DNA of 64,000 bases, taken from positions 197,512 through 261,511 of the forward strand of contig CAVOQS010000008.1 of the NCBI GenBank assembly GCA_963698415.1. The letters run 5' to 3'. This document shows, piece after piece, positions 52,496-62,242 of the stretch. Made by a program: the position numbers and the translations under genes. Positions within the stretch are counted from its first letter, which is position 1, and the number at the start of each line of letters is the position of its first letter. This stretch comes from an uncultured Gammaproteobacteria bacterium. GTDB lineage: Bacteria; Pseudomonadota; Gammaproteobacteria; Steroidobacterales; Woeseiaceae. A model generated the notes under the pieces. It had not been told where the DNA came from. It made no database searches and was given only the letters and a program-made list of their open reading frames with translations.

Positions 52496-53329
52496 ATGAG
52501 CAACGATTCTCGAAATGACTCTCGCAACAATCTGCCCATTGGCGTGTTCGACTCCGGCGTTGGTGGACTGACCGTTCTCAAGGCGATCCAGGAAGAACTG
52601 CCCAACGAGCACCTGGTCTACCTGGGCGACACGGCGCGCCTGCCTTACGGCACCAAGAGCCCGGCTTCGATCGAGCGCTATGCGACACAGGCAGCGGCGA
52701 AATTGCAGGAGCAGGGCATCAAACTCCTGGTCATCGCGTGCAACACGGCGTCGGCGGTGGCGCTGGATACATTGCGCAGGGAACTGGCACCGCTGCCGGT
52801 GGTTGGCGTCGTCGAGCCAGGGGCGATCGCGGCCGTCAATGCGCATCCGGGCGGTGAACACCTGGTCCTTGCGACCGAGGCAACGGTCGCTCTCGGGGCT
52901 TACAAAACTGCAATTCTCGCGCGTGACCCAAAAGCCACTGTGCGTGAGCAGGCCTGCGAGATGCTCGTATCGCTTGCCGAGGAGGGCTGGAGCGACGGCG
53001 AGATCGCCCGCGCGATCGTGCGTCGTTACCTGGACGAAGCGCACGGAGCGTCGGTTGACACCATCATCCTGGGCTGCACCCATTTTCCGTTGCTCAAGGC
53101 AGCGATTCGGGACGTCGCCGATGCTGGCGTGACCATCGTCGACTCAGCCAGTACGGCCGCAGGCGTCGTCCGCGCAGCGCTTGAGACAGAAGGCGCTTTG
53201 CGCAGCGAAGATTCGCCAGGCACCTTGCGCCTTCTTGCCACGGATGGTGCGACCCGGTTCGCGCGAGTCGGCGGCCAGTTCCTGGGGCACGACCTCAGTT
53301 ACAGCGACGTGGAACTCGTCGATCTCTGA
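52496..53329 (+). CDS. murI: Glutamate racemase
   Basis: IGVFDSGVGGLTV ... LVIACNTAS ... LGCTHFPLL motifs. ATG at 52496. Confidence 0.9.
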   Translation: MSNDSRNDSRNNLPIGVFDSGVGGLTVLKAIQEELPNEHLVYLGDTARLPYGTKSPASIERYATQAAAKLQEQGIKLLVIACNTASAVALDTLRRELAPLPVVGVVEPGAIAAVNAHPGGEHLVLATEATVALGAYKTAILARDPKATVREQACEMLVSLAEEGWSDGEIARAIVRRYLDEAHGASVDTIILGCTHFPLLKAAIRDVADAGVTIVDSASTAAGVVRAALETEGALRSEDSPGTLRLLATDGATRFARVGGQFLGHDLSYSDVELVDL

Positions 53330-53385
53330 GCATCGGTCGAGTCTTGTGCGATAATTGCACACCAGGTTCTTTGCAGGGGTAAGCC

Positions 53386-55047
53386 GTGAAAATCCTCAAC
53401 CGCATTCGCCCAATGGGCGTCGTTCTGCTGTCTACCGTCCTGATTTCCTGCGGGCAAGAGGCACCGCCCGAGGTGTCTGTCGAGATGCTCGAAACCGTCG
53501 AGGTGCGTCCTGAAATCTACGCCGACTTCACGCTGACAGCCAATCTCGACCACCTTAGCGACGACCAGAAAAAAATGGTCGCATTGCTGATCGATGCGTC
53601 GCAGATCATGGACGACCTGTTCTGGAGGCAGTCATTTGGCGACAACTACGAAGAGTGGCTGGATTCGATTGCCGATGACCGGACGCGGCGTTTTGCAGAA
53701 TTGAACTACGGTCCCTGGGACGGGCTCGCTGACGACAAGCCGTTCATGCCTGGCTTTCGATCGAAACCGCTCGGCGCAAGATTCTATCCGCAGGACATGA
53801 GCAAAGAGGAGTTCGATGAAGCCTTTCTCCCCGGGAAGGAGGGCCTCTACACATTCGTGCGTCGTGACGAGGCAGGCAGGCTGAAACTGGTTCCCTACCA
53901 CGTCGAATACGCCGAAGAGCTTGCGGCGGCGGCACGGCTCCTGCGTGAAGCTGCCGCGCTGGCAGAGAGCCCGGATTTCGCGAATTACCTGAAGCTCCGT
54001 GCCGCTGCGCTGATCAGCGACGATTTCCAGCTCAGTGACAGCTACTGGATGGACGTCAAGGACAATGAAGTCGATGTCGTTATCGGTCCGATCGAGACCT
54101 ACCTCGACAGGCTTTACGGCTACCGCGCAGCGTATGAAGCCTACGTGCTGATCAAAGATCTCGAGTGGAGTGAACGCCTGGGCCGATTCGCCGAATTCCT
54201 GCCGCAACTGCAGGAAGGGCTGCCGGTGCCCGACGAGTACAAACGGGAATCGCCCGGGACCAACGCGGACCTGAACGCCTATGACGTCGTCTACTACGCA
54301 GGCCACAGCAATGCCGGCTCCAAAACAATCGCCATAAACCTGCCAAACGACGAGCAGGTGCAGCTGGAGAAAGGTTCACGTCGCCTGCAACTCAAGAATG
54401 CGATGGAAGCAAAGTACACGAAGATCCTGGAGCCTATCGCCGACGTACTGATCGCCGAGGACCAGCGCGAGCACATCACCTTCGATGCGTTCTTCTCGAA
54501 CACGATGTTCCATGAGGTTGCGCATGGCCTCGGCATCAAGAATACGATCGATGGCCGGACCACGGTTGGATTGGCGCTCAAGGACCTCGCCTCGAGCATG
54601 GAAGAGGGCAAGGCCGATATCCTCGGGCTGTATATGATCACCGAGTTGCACAAGGCCGGCGAGTTGGGCGAAGCGGATCTGCGCGATTTCTACGTGACGT
54701 TCATGGCGGGCATCTTCCGTTCGATCCGCTTCGGCGCGGCCAGTGCACACGGCAAGGCCAATATGGTGCGCTTCAATTTCTTCCTGGATGAGGGCGCGTT
54801 TGTTCGGGATGCTGAGACCGGACGCTACAGCGTCGACTTCGACCGCATGGGTGTGGCCATCGCCAACCTGTCACGCGTGTTGCTGACTCTGCAGGGAGAT
54901 GGCGACTACGAAGGCGCGAAGAAACTGACGGAAACGAAAGGGATCATTGCGCCGCAATTGCAGGCGGACCTTGACCGCCTGACGCAGGCCTCGATCCCGG
55001 TCGATATCGTATTCCAGCAAGGTGTTGCGGAGCTGGGCCTGGACTGA
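53386..55047 (+). CDS. Zn-metallopeptidase lipoprotein, DPP III (M49)-like
   Basis: Lipobox VLISCG. Motifs FHEVAHGLG (HExxH) and EEGKAD resemble the two M49 zinc-binding blocks. Confidence 0.6.
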   Translation: MKILNRIRPMGVVLLSTVLISCGQEAPPEVSVEMLETVEVRPEIYADFTLTANLDHLSDDQKKMVALLIDASQIMDDLFWRQSFGDNYEEWLDSIADDRTRRFAELNYGPWDGLADDKPFMPGFRSKPLGARFYPQDMSKEEFDEAFLPGKEGLYTFVRRDEAGRLKLVPYHVEYAEELAAAARLLREAAALAESPDFANYLKLRAAALISDDFQLSDSYWMDVKDNEVDVVIGPIETYLDRLYGYRAAYEAYVLIKDLEWSERLGRFAEFLPQLQEGLPVPDEYKRESPGTNADLNAYDVVYYAGHSNAGSKTIAINLPNDEQVQLEKGSRRLQLKNAMEAKYTKILEPIADVLIAEDQREHITFDAFFSNTMFHEVAHGLGIKNTIDGRTTVGLALKDLASSMEEGKADILGLYMITELHKAGELGEADLRDFYVTFMAGIFRSIRFGAASAHGKANMVRFNFFLDEGAFVRDAETGRYSVDFDRMGVAIANLSRVLLTLQGDGDYEGAKKLTETKGIIAPQLQADLDRLTQASIPVDIVFQQGVAELGLD

Positions 55048-55072
55048 GCGAGCCTGCTGTCCCTGCAGCTAT

Positions 55073-56155
55073 TCAGAGGTCGCTCTTGGCGACCACCGGC
55101 AGTTGATGACCAAATAGCGTCGTCAGGTACAGTGACCGCTGCGTTTCGAGTACCCCCGTGAGCATCGGGAAGCGCGCGTTCGGCTCGTGCATGTTCATGA
55201 GTATCTCACCCTCGCCATTGAATGCGACCACATGAGAAGCAGGAATCGCTTTTGGTCGAAGTGCGCCGGGCAATCGCTGGATGACTTTCCGCAGCCAGGG
55301 CTTGTCCGAGATCTTGTCGATCAGGTTGTTGCGAGGCGCCGCAAGCCCCATCCAGAAGCGGCCTGATCTTCCAGTCTTCAGGTTGTCCGGGAAACCAGGC
55401 AGGTTGTCGAGAAGTATCTCCGTATCACCCTGGCGCGGACCTGCCAGCCAGTGCTTGAGAACCCGGTAGTTGCTCGTCTCCACGATGACCAGGTAGTTAT
55501 CGTCTTCACTGATTGCGATGCCGTTCGCGTAGTTCAGGCCACCGAGTAGCTGGCGGCTCGTTCCGCTTCCGGGATCGAACACAAACACGCTGCCGTGCCC
55601 GCCGTGTTCCATGATGTCGAGTAGTGAAGCGTCGTAGGAGCCACGGTATTTATCGGCGCCAAACTTGCTACTCGCCTCTGTGAAGTAGATCTTCCCGTCT
55701 CGCGCGATCGCCAGGTTGTTCGGCCAGACCGGCGTATTGCCGTCGATGCTGCTGAGAATACTTGTGACCTTGCCCTGTAAGTCGATGCGCTGCAGCCCGA
55801 GGTAGGCGTTGGCGACGACGAGAGTGCCGTCTGCGTCCGCCTCAATGCCGAGTGGCCGGCCGCCTGTATCCGCGAAGGTCTCGACCTGGCGATTCCGGAT
55901 GCGCAGGACGTGACCGCTCTCGGTCGTTACATAGACCAGGTTATCTCGGCCCAGCGTTGCATCTTCGGGGCCCTGATGGTCCCCCAGGTCGATTGTTGTG
56001 GCCGCCTTGAGGAGGTCGTTGGCTTCGAATGGATCAACCAGACCCCGGTCGGCAGGCGCTTGCCACGCAACCGGGTCGACCGGGACAGGCCATGCGAGCA
56101 GGTAAATGGTGATGCCGGCGAGGAGAATCCCAAGGTATCCGAGGGCACGCTTCAC
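55073..56155 (-). CDS. Strictosidine-synthase-like / SGL beta-propeller protein, membrane-anchored
   Basis: 360-aa ORF with GTG start and an N-terminal TM helix. Repeated propeller blades (GRPLGIEADADG..., NGIAISEDDNYLVIVET). Confidence 0.7.
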   Translation of the reverse strand: MKRALGYLGILLAGITIYLLAWPVPVDPVAWQAPADRGLVDPFEANDLLKAATTIDLGDHQGPEDATLGRDNLVYVTTESGHVLRIRNRQVETFADTGGRPLGIEADADGTLVVANAYLGLQRIDLQGKVTSILSSIDGNTPVWPNNLAIARDGKIYFTEASSKFGADKYRGSYDASLLDIMEHGGHGSVFVFDPGSGTSRQLLGGLNYANGIAISEDDNYLVIVETSNYRVLKHWLAGPRQGDTEILLDNLPGFPDNLKTGRSGRFWMGLAAPRNNLIDKISDKPWLRKVIQRLPGALRPKAIPASHVVAFNGEGEILMNMHEPNARFPMLTGVLETQRSLYLTTLFGHQLPVVAKSDL

Positions 56156-56167
56156 GGTAACCCGGGC

Positions 56168-56761
56168 TTAGCGTTTGGTATCGAGCATGCGCAGGAATTC
56201 GGCGCGCGTCCGGGCGTCCTTGCGGAAGCCGCCGATCATCTGGCTGGTAACCATTGACACCCCGGGTTTGTGAACGCCACGCGTCGTCATGCACTGGTGC
56301 TTGGCATCGACCACGACGGCAACCCCCTTCGGCTGCAGGACCTCCTGAATGCAGTTGGCGATTTGCGCCGTCATCTTTTCCTGCACCTGGAACCGCCTGG
56401 CAAAGGCTTCCACGACCCGGGCGAGCTTGCTGATGCCAACGACCTTGTTACGTGGCAGGTAGCCCACGTGAGCGACGCCAATGATGGGTGCCATGTGGTG
56501 TTCGCAATGTGATTCAAAGGAAATGTCACGAAGCACGATCATCTCGTCGTAACCTTCGACTTCCTCAAACGTGCGCTCGAGGAACTCATACGGGTTTACC
56601 TTGTAACCGCTGAACCAGTCTTCGTAGGCGCGAGCGACCCTTTTGGGTGTATCGATCAGGCCTTCCCGGCGCGTGTCCTCGCCTGCCCATAACAATAGCG
56701 TGCGGATAGCCTCTTCGGCCTGCTGGCGACTGGGTTTGCGTGGCTTGGGTTGTTTTTTCAT
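56168..56761 (-). CDS. folE: GTP cyclohydrolase I
   Basis: Start chosen at MKKQPKP. Motifs [12 protein letters not shown] and HQCMTTRGV. Confidence 0.9.
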   Translation of the reverse strand: MKKQPKPRKPSRQQAEEAIRTLLLWAGEDTRREGLIDTPKRVARAYEDWFSGYKVNPYEFLERTFEEVEGYDEMIVLRDISFESHCEHHMAPIIGVAHVGYLPRNKVVGISKLARVVEAFARRFQVQEKMTAQIANCIQEVLQPKGVAVVVDAKHQCMTTRGVHKPGVSMVTSQMIGGFRKDARTRAEFLRMLDTKR

Positions 56762-56772
56762 GCGTAACAATC

Positions 56773-57423
56773 CTACGCAGACTTCTGACTGAGGTCGAGG
56801 CCGATCGGGCAACTCACACCGGTACCGCCGATCCCGCAGTAGCCCGCGGGATTCTTGGCCAGGTACTGCTGGTGGTAGTCCTCGGCATAGTAGAACGTCT
56901 CAAGCGGCGTAATTTCGGTCGTAATCTTACCAAGGCCCGCAGCGCGCAGCTCTGCCTCGTACACTGTCAGCGATTGCCGGGAAAGCGCCTGCTGGTTGTC
57001 ATCCAGGGTGTAAATCGCGGAACGATACTGGGTCCCAATGTCATTGCCCTGCCGCATGCCCTGGGTCGGATCGTGGCTCTCCCAGAAAACCCGGAGGAGT
57101 TTGTCAAGACTGACAAACGCAGGGTCATAAACAACGAGAACGGCCTCGGTGTGCCCGGTGTCCCCTGTACAAACTTCCTCGTAGGTCGGGTTGGGCGTTA
57201 TGCCGCCTGCGTAGCCGACCGCTGTCGTAAACACGCCATCGGACTCCCAGAATCGCCGCTCGGCACCCCAGAAACAACCAAGGCCGAATACGATCTGTTG
57301 CATATTGTCAGGGAAGGGGGGCTGCAGCGGATTGCCGTTGACAAAGTGTTTCTGCGGAACCGGCATCGCCGTATCCCGGCCGGGCAGTGCGTCGCTGCGC
57401 AGAGGTAAGGTGGTTTTTCTCAT
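56773..57423 (-). CDS. msrA: Peptide-methionine (S)-S-oxide reductase
   Basis: 216-aa ORF with the GLGCFWGAE active-site motif. ATGA overlap with the upstream gene. Confidence 0.92.
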   Translation of the reverse strand: MRKTTLPLRSDALPGRDTAMPVPQKHFVNGNPLQPPFPDNMQQIVFGLGCFWGAERRFWESDGVFTTAVGYAGGITPNPTYEEVCTGDTGHTEAVLVVYDPAFVSLDKLLRVFWESHDPTQGMRQGNDIGTQYRSAIYTLDDNQQALSRQSLTVYEAELRAAGLGKITTEITPLETFYYAEDYHQQYLAKNPAGYCGIGGTGVSCPIGLDLSQKSA

Positions 57424-58883
57424 CAGGTCTTCTCGGTGGGCTCGCGGGTTGCGGCCTCTCTCAGTGCGTCAAGCTCGGCCTGCTGATACAGGAACTCGTG
57501 TATGAATACCTGGTTTTCTGCATCTGTCGGTATGCCATCGACCATCGGGGGCCGGAAGAAGCGTCCGCGAACTTCGCGGTGCACCATTCGTTGCATGTCC
57601 GTGAATTCGGCCGGATCGGCTTCCGTTCTAATATTCTTGACGCGGCCGCGTGCTGAAATAGAGTAGTCCACGCGGATGGTTCCTTGCAGCATGGCCTCAC
57701 CGGATGCCGCTTCGCTGCTGTTGCCGGCGTACAGGGGGAGCGGCTGTGTGAGCAAAGCTATCGGCTGCTCGAGCAGGTCCCTGCGAACTTCGAGCCGATC
57801 TTCATCGACGGAGAGCTCGTCCCAAACTTCCTGGTACAACTTGCGTGCGCGGCTCTGCCCGTCGAAATACGCGTAGTGGTCTGCCAGCGCGAGCTTCGTC
57901 GTAGCCAGTTCGAGCCAGGGAAAATCGTCAATTTCTTCGGCGATTCGAACGGCGCGTTTGAAATAGGCTTCACCGCTTGCTCCAGCGGACCCGCCCAGGG
58001 TGTCCGTTGCCACAGGGCTATAGTAATAGTAGGTCTCGCCGAGCTTGACCAGGGGCGTGACAAGGCGAGGGTCTTCCTTGCCAGCCGACGTTTCGATAAT
58101 ACGGATAGTGCGACGATACGTTGCGCGTTCGTCGTTGTAATAGCCAGCACGATGCTGCCATTCGGCGCGTCGCATCAGCGAAGGCAGCAAGCCCAGCGCA
58201 TCGTCCTCAAAATGGCGGACGTTTAGCGCATGAATGCGATCGAGTATGTCGCGGGCCGATTCGACTTCCCCAAGGCGTACATTGGCTTCCGCGAGTGACT
58301 CGAGGATTTCGATCTGTTCTATGTTGTGCGGTCCCTCGTTGACGTGCGTGATATGAGCCGCGCGGCCGAACGTCTCTGTGGCGAGGTCGGGTCGGCCACT
58401 GTTCAGCTGGGCTGCACCGAGGCCCTTCAGCGGATTAACCAGCTGCTCATTCAGGCGATCTTCGACTACCTCGAGAATCTCGATCGACGAAGTGAAGTTC
58501 TGGATGGCTGCGTCATACTGTTTATTGTTGTACTGCACGAGCGCAAGGTTGCTGAGCGCTTTCGATGTCTCGACAGACTGAGGGCCATGGATTCGTATCG
58601 CCATTTCGACGACGCGCTTTGCCGATGCGTCGGCTGCGTCGTAGTTGCCTTCTTCGACCAACTCGCGAAAGTAGGAAAACTCCTCGATCAGGGCATCTTC
58701 CGGAGACAGCGTGATGGCCTCACCGCTTGTCTCACCGGCGGGTTCAACACCCTCGACGGCAACAGGCACCGTCTGTTCCAGGGGTCCGGCATCGTCTTCC
58801 GCGGTTTGCGTATCCTGGCTGTGGGCGGCCACGGAAATGGCCAACAGCAAAGCAGCGAAGCTTGTTGATCGGATGGCTCTCAT
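57423..58883 (-). CDS. Secreted TPR-repeat protein with TonB-C-like C-terminal domain
   Basis: Signal peptide from [25 protein letters not shown]-like repeats, and a C-terminal TonB_C-like segment ([19 protein letters not shown]...). First gene of an apparent operon with msrA and folE. Confidence 0.55.
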   Translation of the reverse strand: MRAIRSTSFAALLLAISVAAHSQDTQTAEDDAGPLEQTVPVAVEGVEPAGETSGEAITLSPEDALIEEFSYFRELVEEGNYDAADASAKRVVEMAIRIHGPQSVETSKALSNLALVQYNNKQYDAAIQNFTSSIEILEVVEDRLNEQLVNPLKGLGAAQLNSGRPDLATETFGRAAHITHVNEGPHNIEQIEILESLAEANVRLGEVESARDILDRIHALNVRHFEDDALGLLPSLMRRAEWQHRAGYYNDERATYRRTIRIIETSAGKEDPRLVTPLVKLGETYYYYSPVATDTLGGSAGASGEAYFKRAVRIAEEIDDFPWLELATTKLALADHYAYFDGQSRARKLYQEVWDELSVDEDRLEVRRDLLEQPIALLTQPLPLYAGNSSEAASGEAMLQGTIRVDYSISARGRVKNIRTEADPAEFTDMQRMVHREVRGRFFRPPMVDGIPTDAENQVFIHEFLYQQAELDALREAATREPTEKT

Positions 58884-59031
58884 TCGCTGGAACAATTCTC
58901 CTGGCAACGCCCTGCAGCGCCGGTATCGATGTATTTCAGACACGATCCGGCTTGATTAGTTCTGTGATTGCCGATGCGTGTGCGACCTACTATACCGGCT
59001 GCCCGGGCCCTGCGGTAGCGCCGTCAAGGCA

Positions 59032-60096
59032 TCAAAAATCGAGGCCAAGTTGTTGCGCGCCGGGCCTGGAAAAGCGGCTGCAATCAAGAGGATGCTGATA
59101 GGAATCTGCCGCCAGCCCGAGCTTGCGGCTGGCCGCGCGAAAGCGGCTCGCCAGCATATCAGCGTATGCACCACGGCCCGTTTGCCGGACGCCGAAACGG
59201 GCGTCGTAGTGACGGCCACCACTTGCCTGGCGCACGAGGCTCAGGACGCGTTCCTTGCGGTCCGGGAAATGCGTCTCCAGCCAGGCCGAAAAAATCTCCA
59301 GCAGCTCGTGCGGCAATCGCAGGAATATATAATGTGCCTGCCTGGCGCCGGCGCCGGCGACAGCCTCAAGAATCGATTCGATCTCATTGTCATTGATTGC
59401 CGGGATGACGGGTGCGAGCAGCGCGCTGGTTGGAACGCCGTTCTCGGCAAGCAGCTGCATGGCTTTCAGGCGCGAGCTGGCTGACGGAACGCGCGGCTCC
59501 AGCAAACGCTTCAAGTTGTCGTTCATCGTGGGAATGCTGATCGCGACGGAACACAGATTGTCCGCTGCGAGATCGGTAAGCAGGTCAAGGTCCCTGGCGA
59601 TCAGGTGGCTCTTGGTGATGAGGTTGACAGGATGGCGGTACCTGACGAACTGCTCCAGCAGCTGCCGTGTAATCTCCAGCGTCTTTTCGGCCGGTTGGTA
59701 GGGGTCCGTGTTGGCGCCGATGGTTATCGGTTTGCACTCATAGGACTTCTTCTCCCATTCCTCGAGCAAGCGGGTGGCGCCGTTGGGCTTGTAAAATATC
59801 TGCGTTTCGAAATCGAGGCCCGGCGACAGGTCCAGGTAACTGTGACTTGGGCGCGCATAACAATAAACGCAGCCGTGCTCACAGCCCTGGTAGGGATTTA
59901 TCGACCGGTCAAACGGGACATCGGGTGAGTTATTGCTGCTGATAATCTGCCCGGCACGCATGGCCCGCAGCACGGTTTGCGGTATCTGCCCGGCTTTCTC
60001 GTGCGCGGCCTCAGGTTCCAGTTCGACCGGTCGCTGATCGAATCGTCCGAGCGGCGCCGATACAGCGCCACGTCCCTTGTGTGCGTGAGTGGTCAT
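59032..60096 (-). CDS. PA0069-family radical SAM protein (SplB/COG1533-like)
   Basis: CEHGCVYCYARPSH radical-SAM Cys triad, full-length family pattern. The ORF-track start 60111 lies inside the predicted -10/LexA box, so ATG 60096 is preferred. Confidence 0.8.
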   Translation of the reverse strand: MTTHAHKGRGAVSAPLGRFDQRPVELEPEAAHEKAGQIPQTVLRAMRAGQIISSNNSPDVPFDRSINPYQGCEHGCVYCYARPSHSYLDLSPGLDFETQIFYKPNGATRLLEEWEKKSYECKPITIGANTDPYQPAEKTLEITRQLLEQFVRYRHPVNLITKSHLIARDLDLLTDLAADNLCSVAISIPTMNDNLKRLLEPRVPSASSRLKAMQLLAENGVPTSALLAPVIPAINDNEIESILEAVAGAGARQAHYIFLRLPHELLEIFSAWLETHFPDRKERVLSLVRQASGGRHYDARFGVRQTGRGAYADMLASRFRAASRKLGLAADSYQHPLDCSRFSRPGAQQLGLDF

Positions 60097-60110
60097 GGTT
60101 GCGACCATCA

Positions 60111-60130
60111 TACTGTATGGATGTACAGTA
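60111..60130. promoter_or_regulatory. LexA (SOS) box
   Basis: TACTGTATGGATGTACAGTA, compared with the gammaproteobacterial consensus TACTGTATATATATACAGTA (CTGT-N8-ACAG intact). On the minus strand it fills the 18-nt spacer between TTGTCA (60136-60131) and TATGAT (60112-60107). Confidence 0.75.
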
Positions 60131-60161
60131 TGACAAACTCTGTGGGAAAAGAGCCTCGCCG

Positions 60162-60518
60162 CTAGTTGAGGACGCGGTAGCCTCGGCCACGCAGGCAGCG
60201 CTTGAAGACCTGCTGCTTCTCGCGGTCTGCGTCGAGACCGGAGCGCGTACCACCGTAAAGCGCTCCATTGGCCGCGCCGCGCGCGACGTCGTTGTTAATC
60301 GCTCCGCCAATAGCGCCAACCGCGGCGCCCGTCGCGCTGCCTTTTGCAACGCCCTGGCTGATCAGGATTTCTTCGGTATAGGCTTCGCACTCGTCCCAAT
60401 CCCGGGCGAACTTCTCCGGATCGACGCCCTTGGTGTCGACGATGGGGTCCGGGTGCGCCGCGCAGGCAGCCAGCGCAGCGGAAATGATCAAGAGGCTGAG
60501 AATAGTTCTACGCATCAT
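60162..60518 (-). CDS. Glycine-zipper lipoprotein
   Basis: Lipobox LAACA. Gly-zipper segment GSATGAAVGAIGGAINNDVARGAANGALYGG. Confidence 0.6.
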   Translation of the reverse strand: MMRRTILSLLIISAALAACAAHPDPIVDTKGVDPEKFARDWDECEAYTEEILISQGVAKGSATGAAVGAIGGAINNDVARGAANGALYGGTRSGLDADREKQQVFKRCLRGRGYRVLN

Positions 60519-60561
60519 GCTATCAACGCACTACAGGAAAATTCGTTTACAAGGCCCTGCA

Positions 60562-60814
60562 ATGCCTGGAACCTCACACGACTCTACTGTTCGAGCGATA
60601 CTCTACGCTTTTCTCGCAAATTTCGGTATCGCGATCGCCAAGACCTGGGCCGCCATCGTTACCGGTTGCAGTATGTTGGCCGAGGCGATTCACTCATACG
60701 CGCGCCGACGCGAAGCATCCGCTTGGCTACGGCAAGCTGAGTTACTTCTGGAGCTTTATCGTCGCGATCCTGCTGTTCAGCATGGGTGGCCTGTTCTCGA
60801 TCTACGAGAGATAA
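60562..60814 (+). pseudogene. Cation diffusion facilitator (CDF) transporter remnant
   Basis: N-terminal CDF pattern ILYAFLANFGIAIAKTWAAIVTG.SMLAEAIHS, then an internal deletion plus frame change. HPLGYGKLSYFWSFIVAILLFSMGGLFSIYE continues in another frame, followed by a premature TAA. The rest of the gene is absent. Confidence 0.75.
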
Positions 60815-60835
60815 CACAAGTTGACGCATCTCCGA

Positions 60836-61180
60836 TTAGCGGAATAGTCTGCGGAAAAACCTGATCGTAACCAGCAGGACCACGGCCACTGCGGCGGCAA
60901 CGCTGTTGATGGGAGAGACCAGCTGCCCAATCCAGTCATCCTGCAGCTCCACGAGCGACACTGGCAGTAACTGGGTCGCCATGTTTACCGCGGCGACCAA
61001 CGGCGCCGCGAATGCTGTAATGCACGCGACGATGAACAGGCACAACGCAATCCAGACGAGCAGGGTTCTCCGTCGTTCGCGGTCAATCTGACTCATTACA
61101 CCGTCGACGAATGCGTCATTGTCAAACTGCTGTTCGGCCTGGGCGAACAAGGCGATGAGATCCTGGTCCTGGTCTTTCAT
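60836..61180 (-). CDS. Putative anti-sigma-factor-like membrane protein
   Basis: Start chosen at MKDQDQDLIALF. Single TM helix, position immediately downstream of an ECF sigma gene. No conserved motif recognised. Confidence 0.45.
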   Translation of the reverse strand: MKDQDQDLIALFAQAEQQFDNDAFVDGVMSQIDRERRRTLLVWIALCLFIVACITAFAAPLVAAVNMATQLLPVSLVELQDDWIGQLVSPINSVAAAVAVVLLVTIRFFRRLFR

Positions 61181-61742
61181 CGTTCGGTTCCTCTTCGGGC
61201 GTAGCATAGTCGGCCAGTCGCTCCTGCAACAGCCTCGTGCCGCGGCGTATATGGGACTTGACCGTCCCGAGCGGAATACCGGTGTGACTCTCAATTTCTC
61301 TGTGAGTCATCTGCTCGTGATAGCTCAGCACGATACACAGGCGGACATCATCGGGCAGTGTTCCGAGCGCATGGTCGAGGTCCATCGCGATGCCGGGGTC
61401 TCTCTGCACACCGAGTCCGTATCGACGAGTTCGTCAGCTCCGCGGAGCGCATCATTCCTGCGCTGATATTGCAGCCAGACATTGATGGCCATGCGCTTTG
61501 AGCCAGGGGCCGAATCGATTGGCATCCTGTAGCTGGCGTATCGAGCGCCAGGCCTGCATGAATACCTGCTGTGACAGGTCGTCCGCCAGCACTGCATCGC
61601 CGCAGCAGCGGCGCATCAGGTTACGAATCCAGGCCTGCCGTCTCGTCACGAGTTCCGCGAATGCGTCACGGTTCCCCGTGCGCGACAGGCCAACGAGGAC
61701 CGCCTCCGGGCTCTTGCCGAACAGGTCTGGCGCAATGCGCAC
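61122..61742 (-). pseudogene. ECF (sigma-70 family) RNA polymerase sigma factor with at least two frameshifts
   Basis: Region 2 (DLSQQVFMQAWRSIRQL...FGPWLK) is in ORF 61452-61742. RMAINVWLQYQRR is in a second frame. Region 4 (LPDDVRLCIVLSYHEQMTHREIESHTGIPLGTVKSHIRRG) is in ORF 61122-61409. The junctions look like a 1-nt insertion near 61496 and a TG dinucleotide insertion near 61407. Confidence 0.75.
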
Positions 61743-61756
61743 GCGGGTCGCCCCGA

Positions 61757-62162
61757 CTACCGAATGGTCGGTGTGTTATTCGCTGAATCGGCCTCGCGAG
61801 CCCTCTTCATGAAGTGCGCAGCAGTCAGCAGCCCGAGGCCTACGAATGCCACGAGCATTGCGACGCCAAGGAGCGGCATGATCGGCATCGTCGCCAATCA
61901 ACCAGCCCATCACGGCAAGTCCGGGTGCTACGAAAAGGACAATCAGTCCCGCGACTTTGAGGTCGCGTTCCGGTGCCTTGTTGTAGCCCAGGAGCTTGTC
62001 CATGAGCTGCTGGTCGGGCTGCTTGCCGCTCTCAATGATGCGGCGCAGCGTCTCGTGCTCTGCATCACGCTTGCGAATGCCGTCCCAGATGCCCCCTACC
62101 GTCGCCGCGGCAATGAACATCCAGAACCCAAAGGCGGCGAGGCCAAATATTCCGCTATCCAT
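61757..62162 (-). pseudogene. Small membrane protein upstream of the ECF sigma gene, frameshifted near 61885
   Basis: ORF 61776-62162 loses its hydrophobic character after ...GWLIGDD. The +1 frame continues with a clean TM helix MPIMPLLGVAMLVAFVGLGLLTAAHFMKR... to TAG 61757. Confidence 0.5.
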
Positions 62163-62242
62163 ACTGCTCTCCTGAATAAAGTGGTCTTACACTAGTGGAG
62201 ATGCGAGTTTTCTTCTCCCGGATGCGCCCGGCCGAAAATAAA

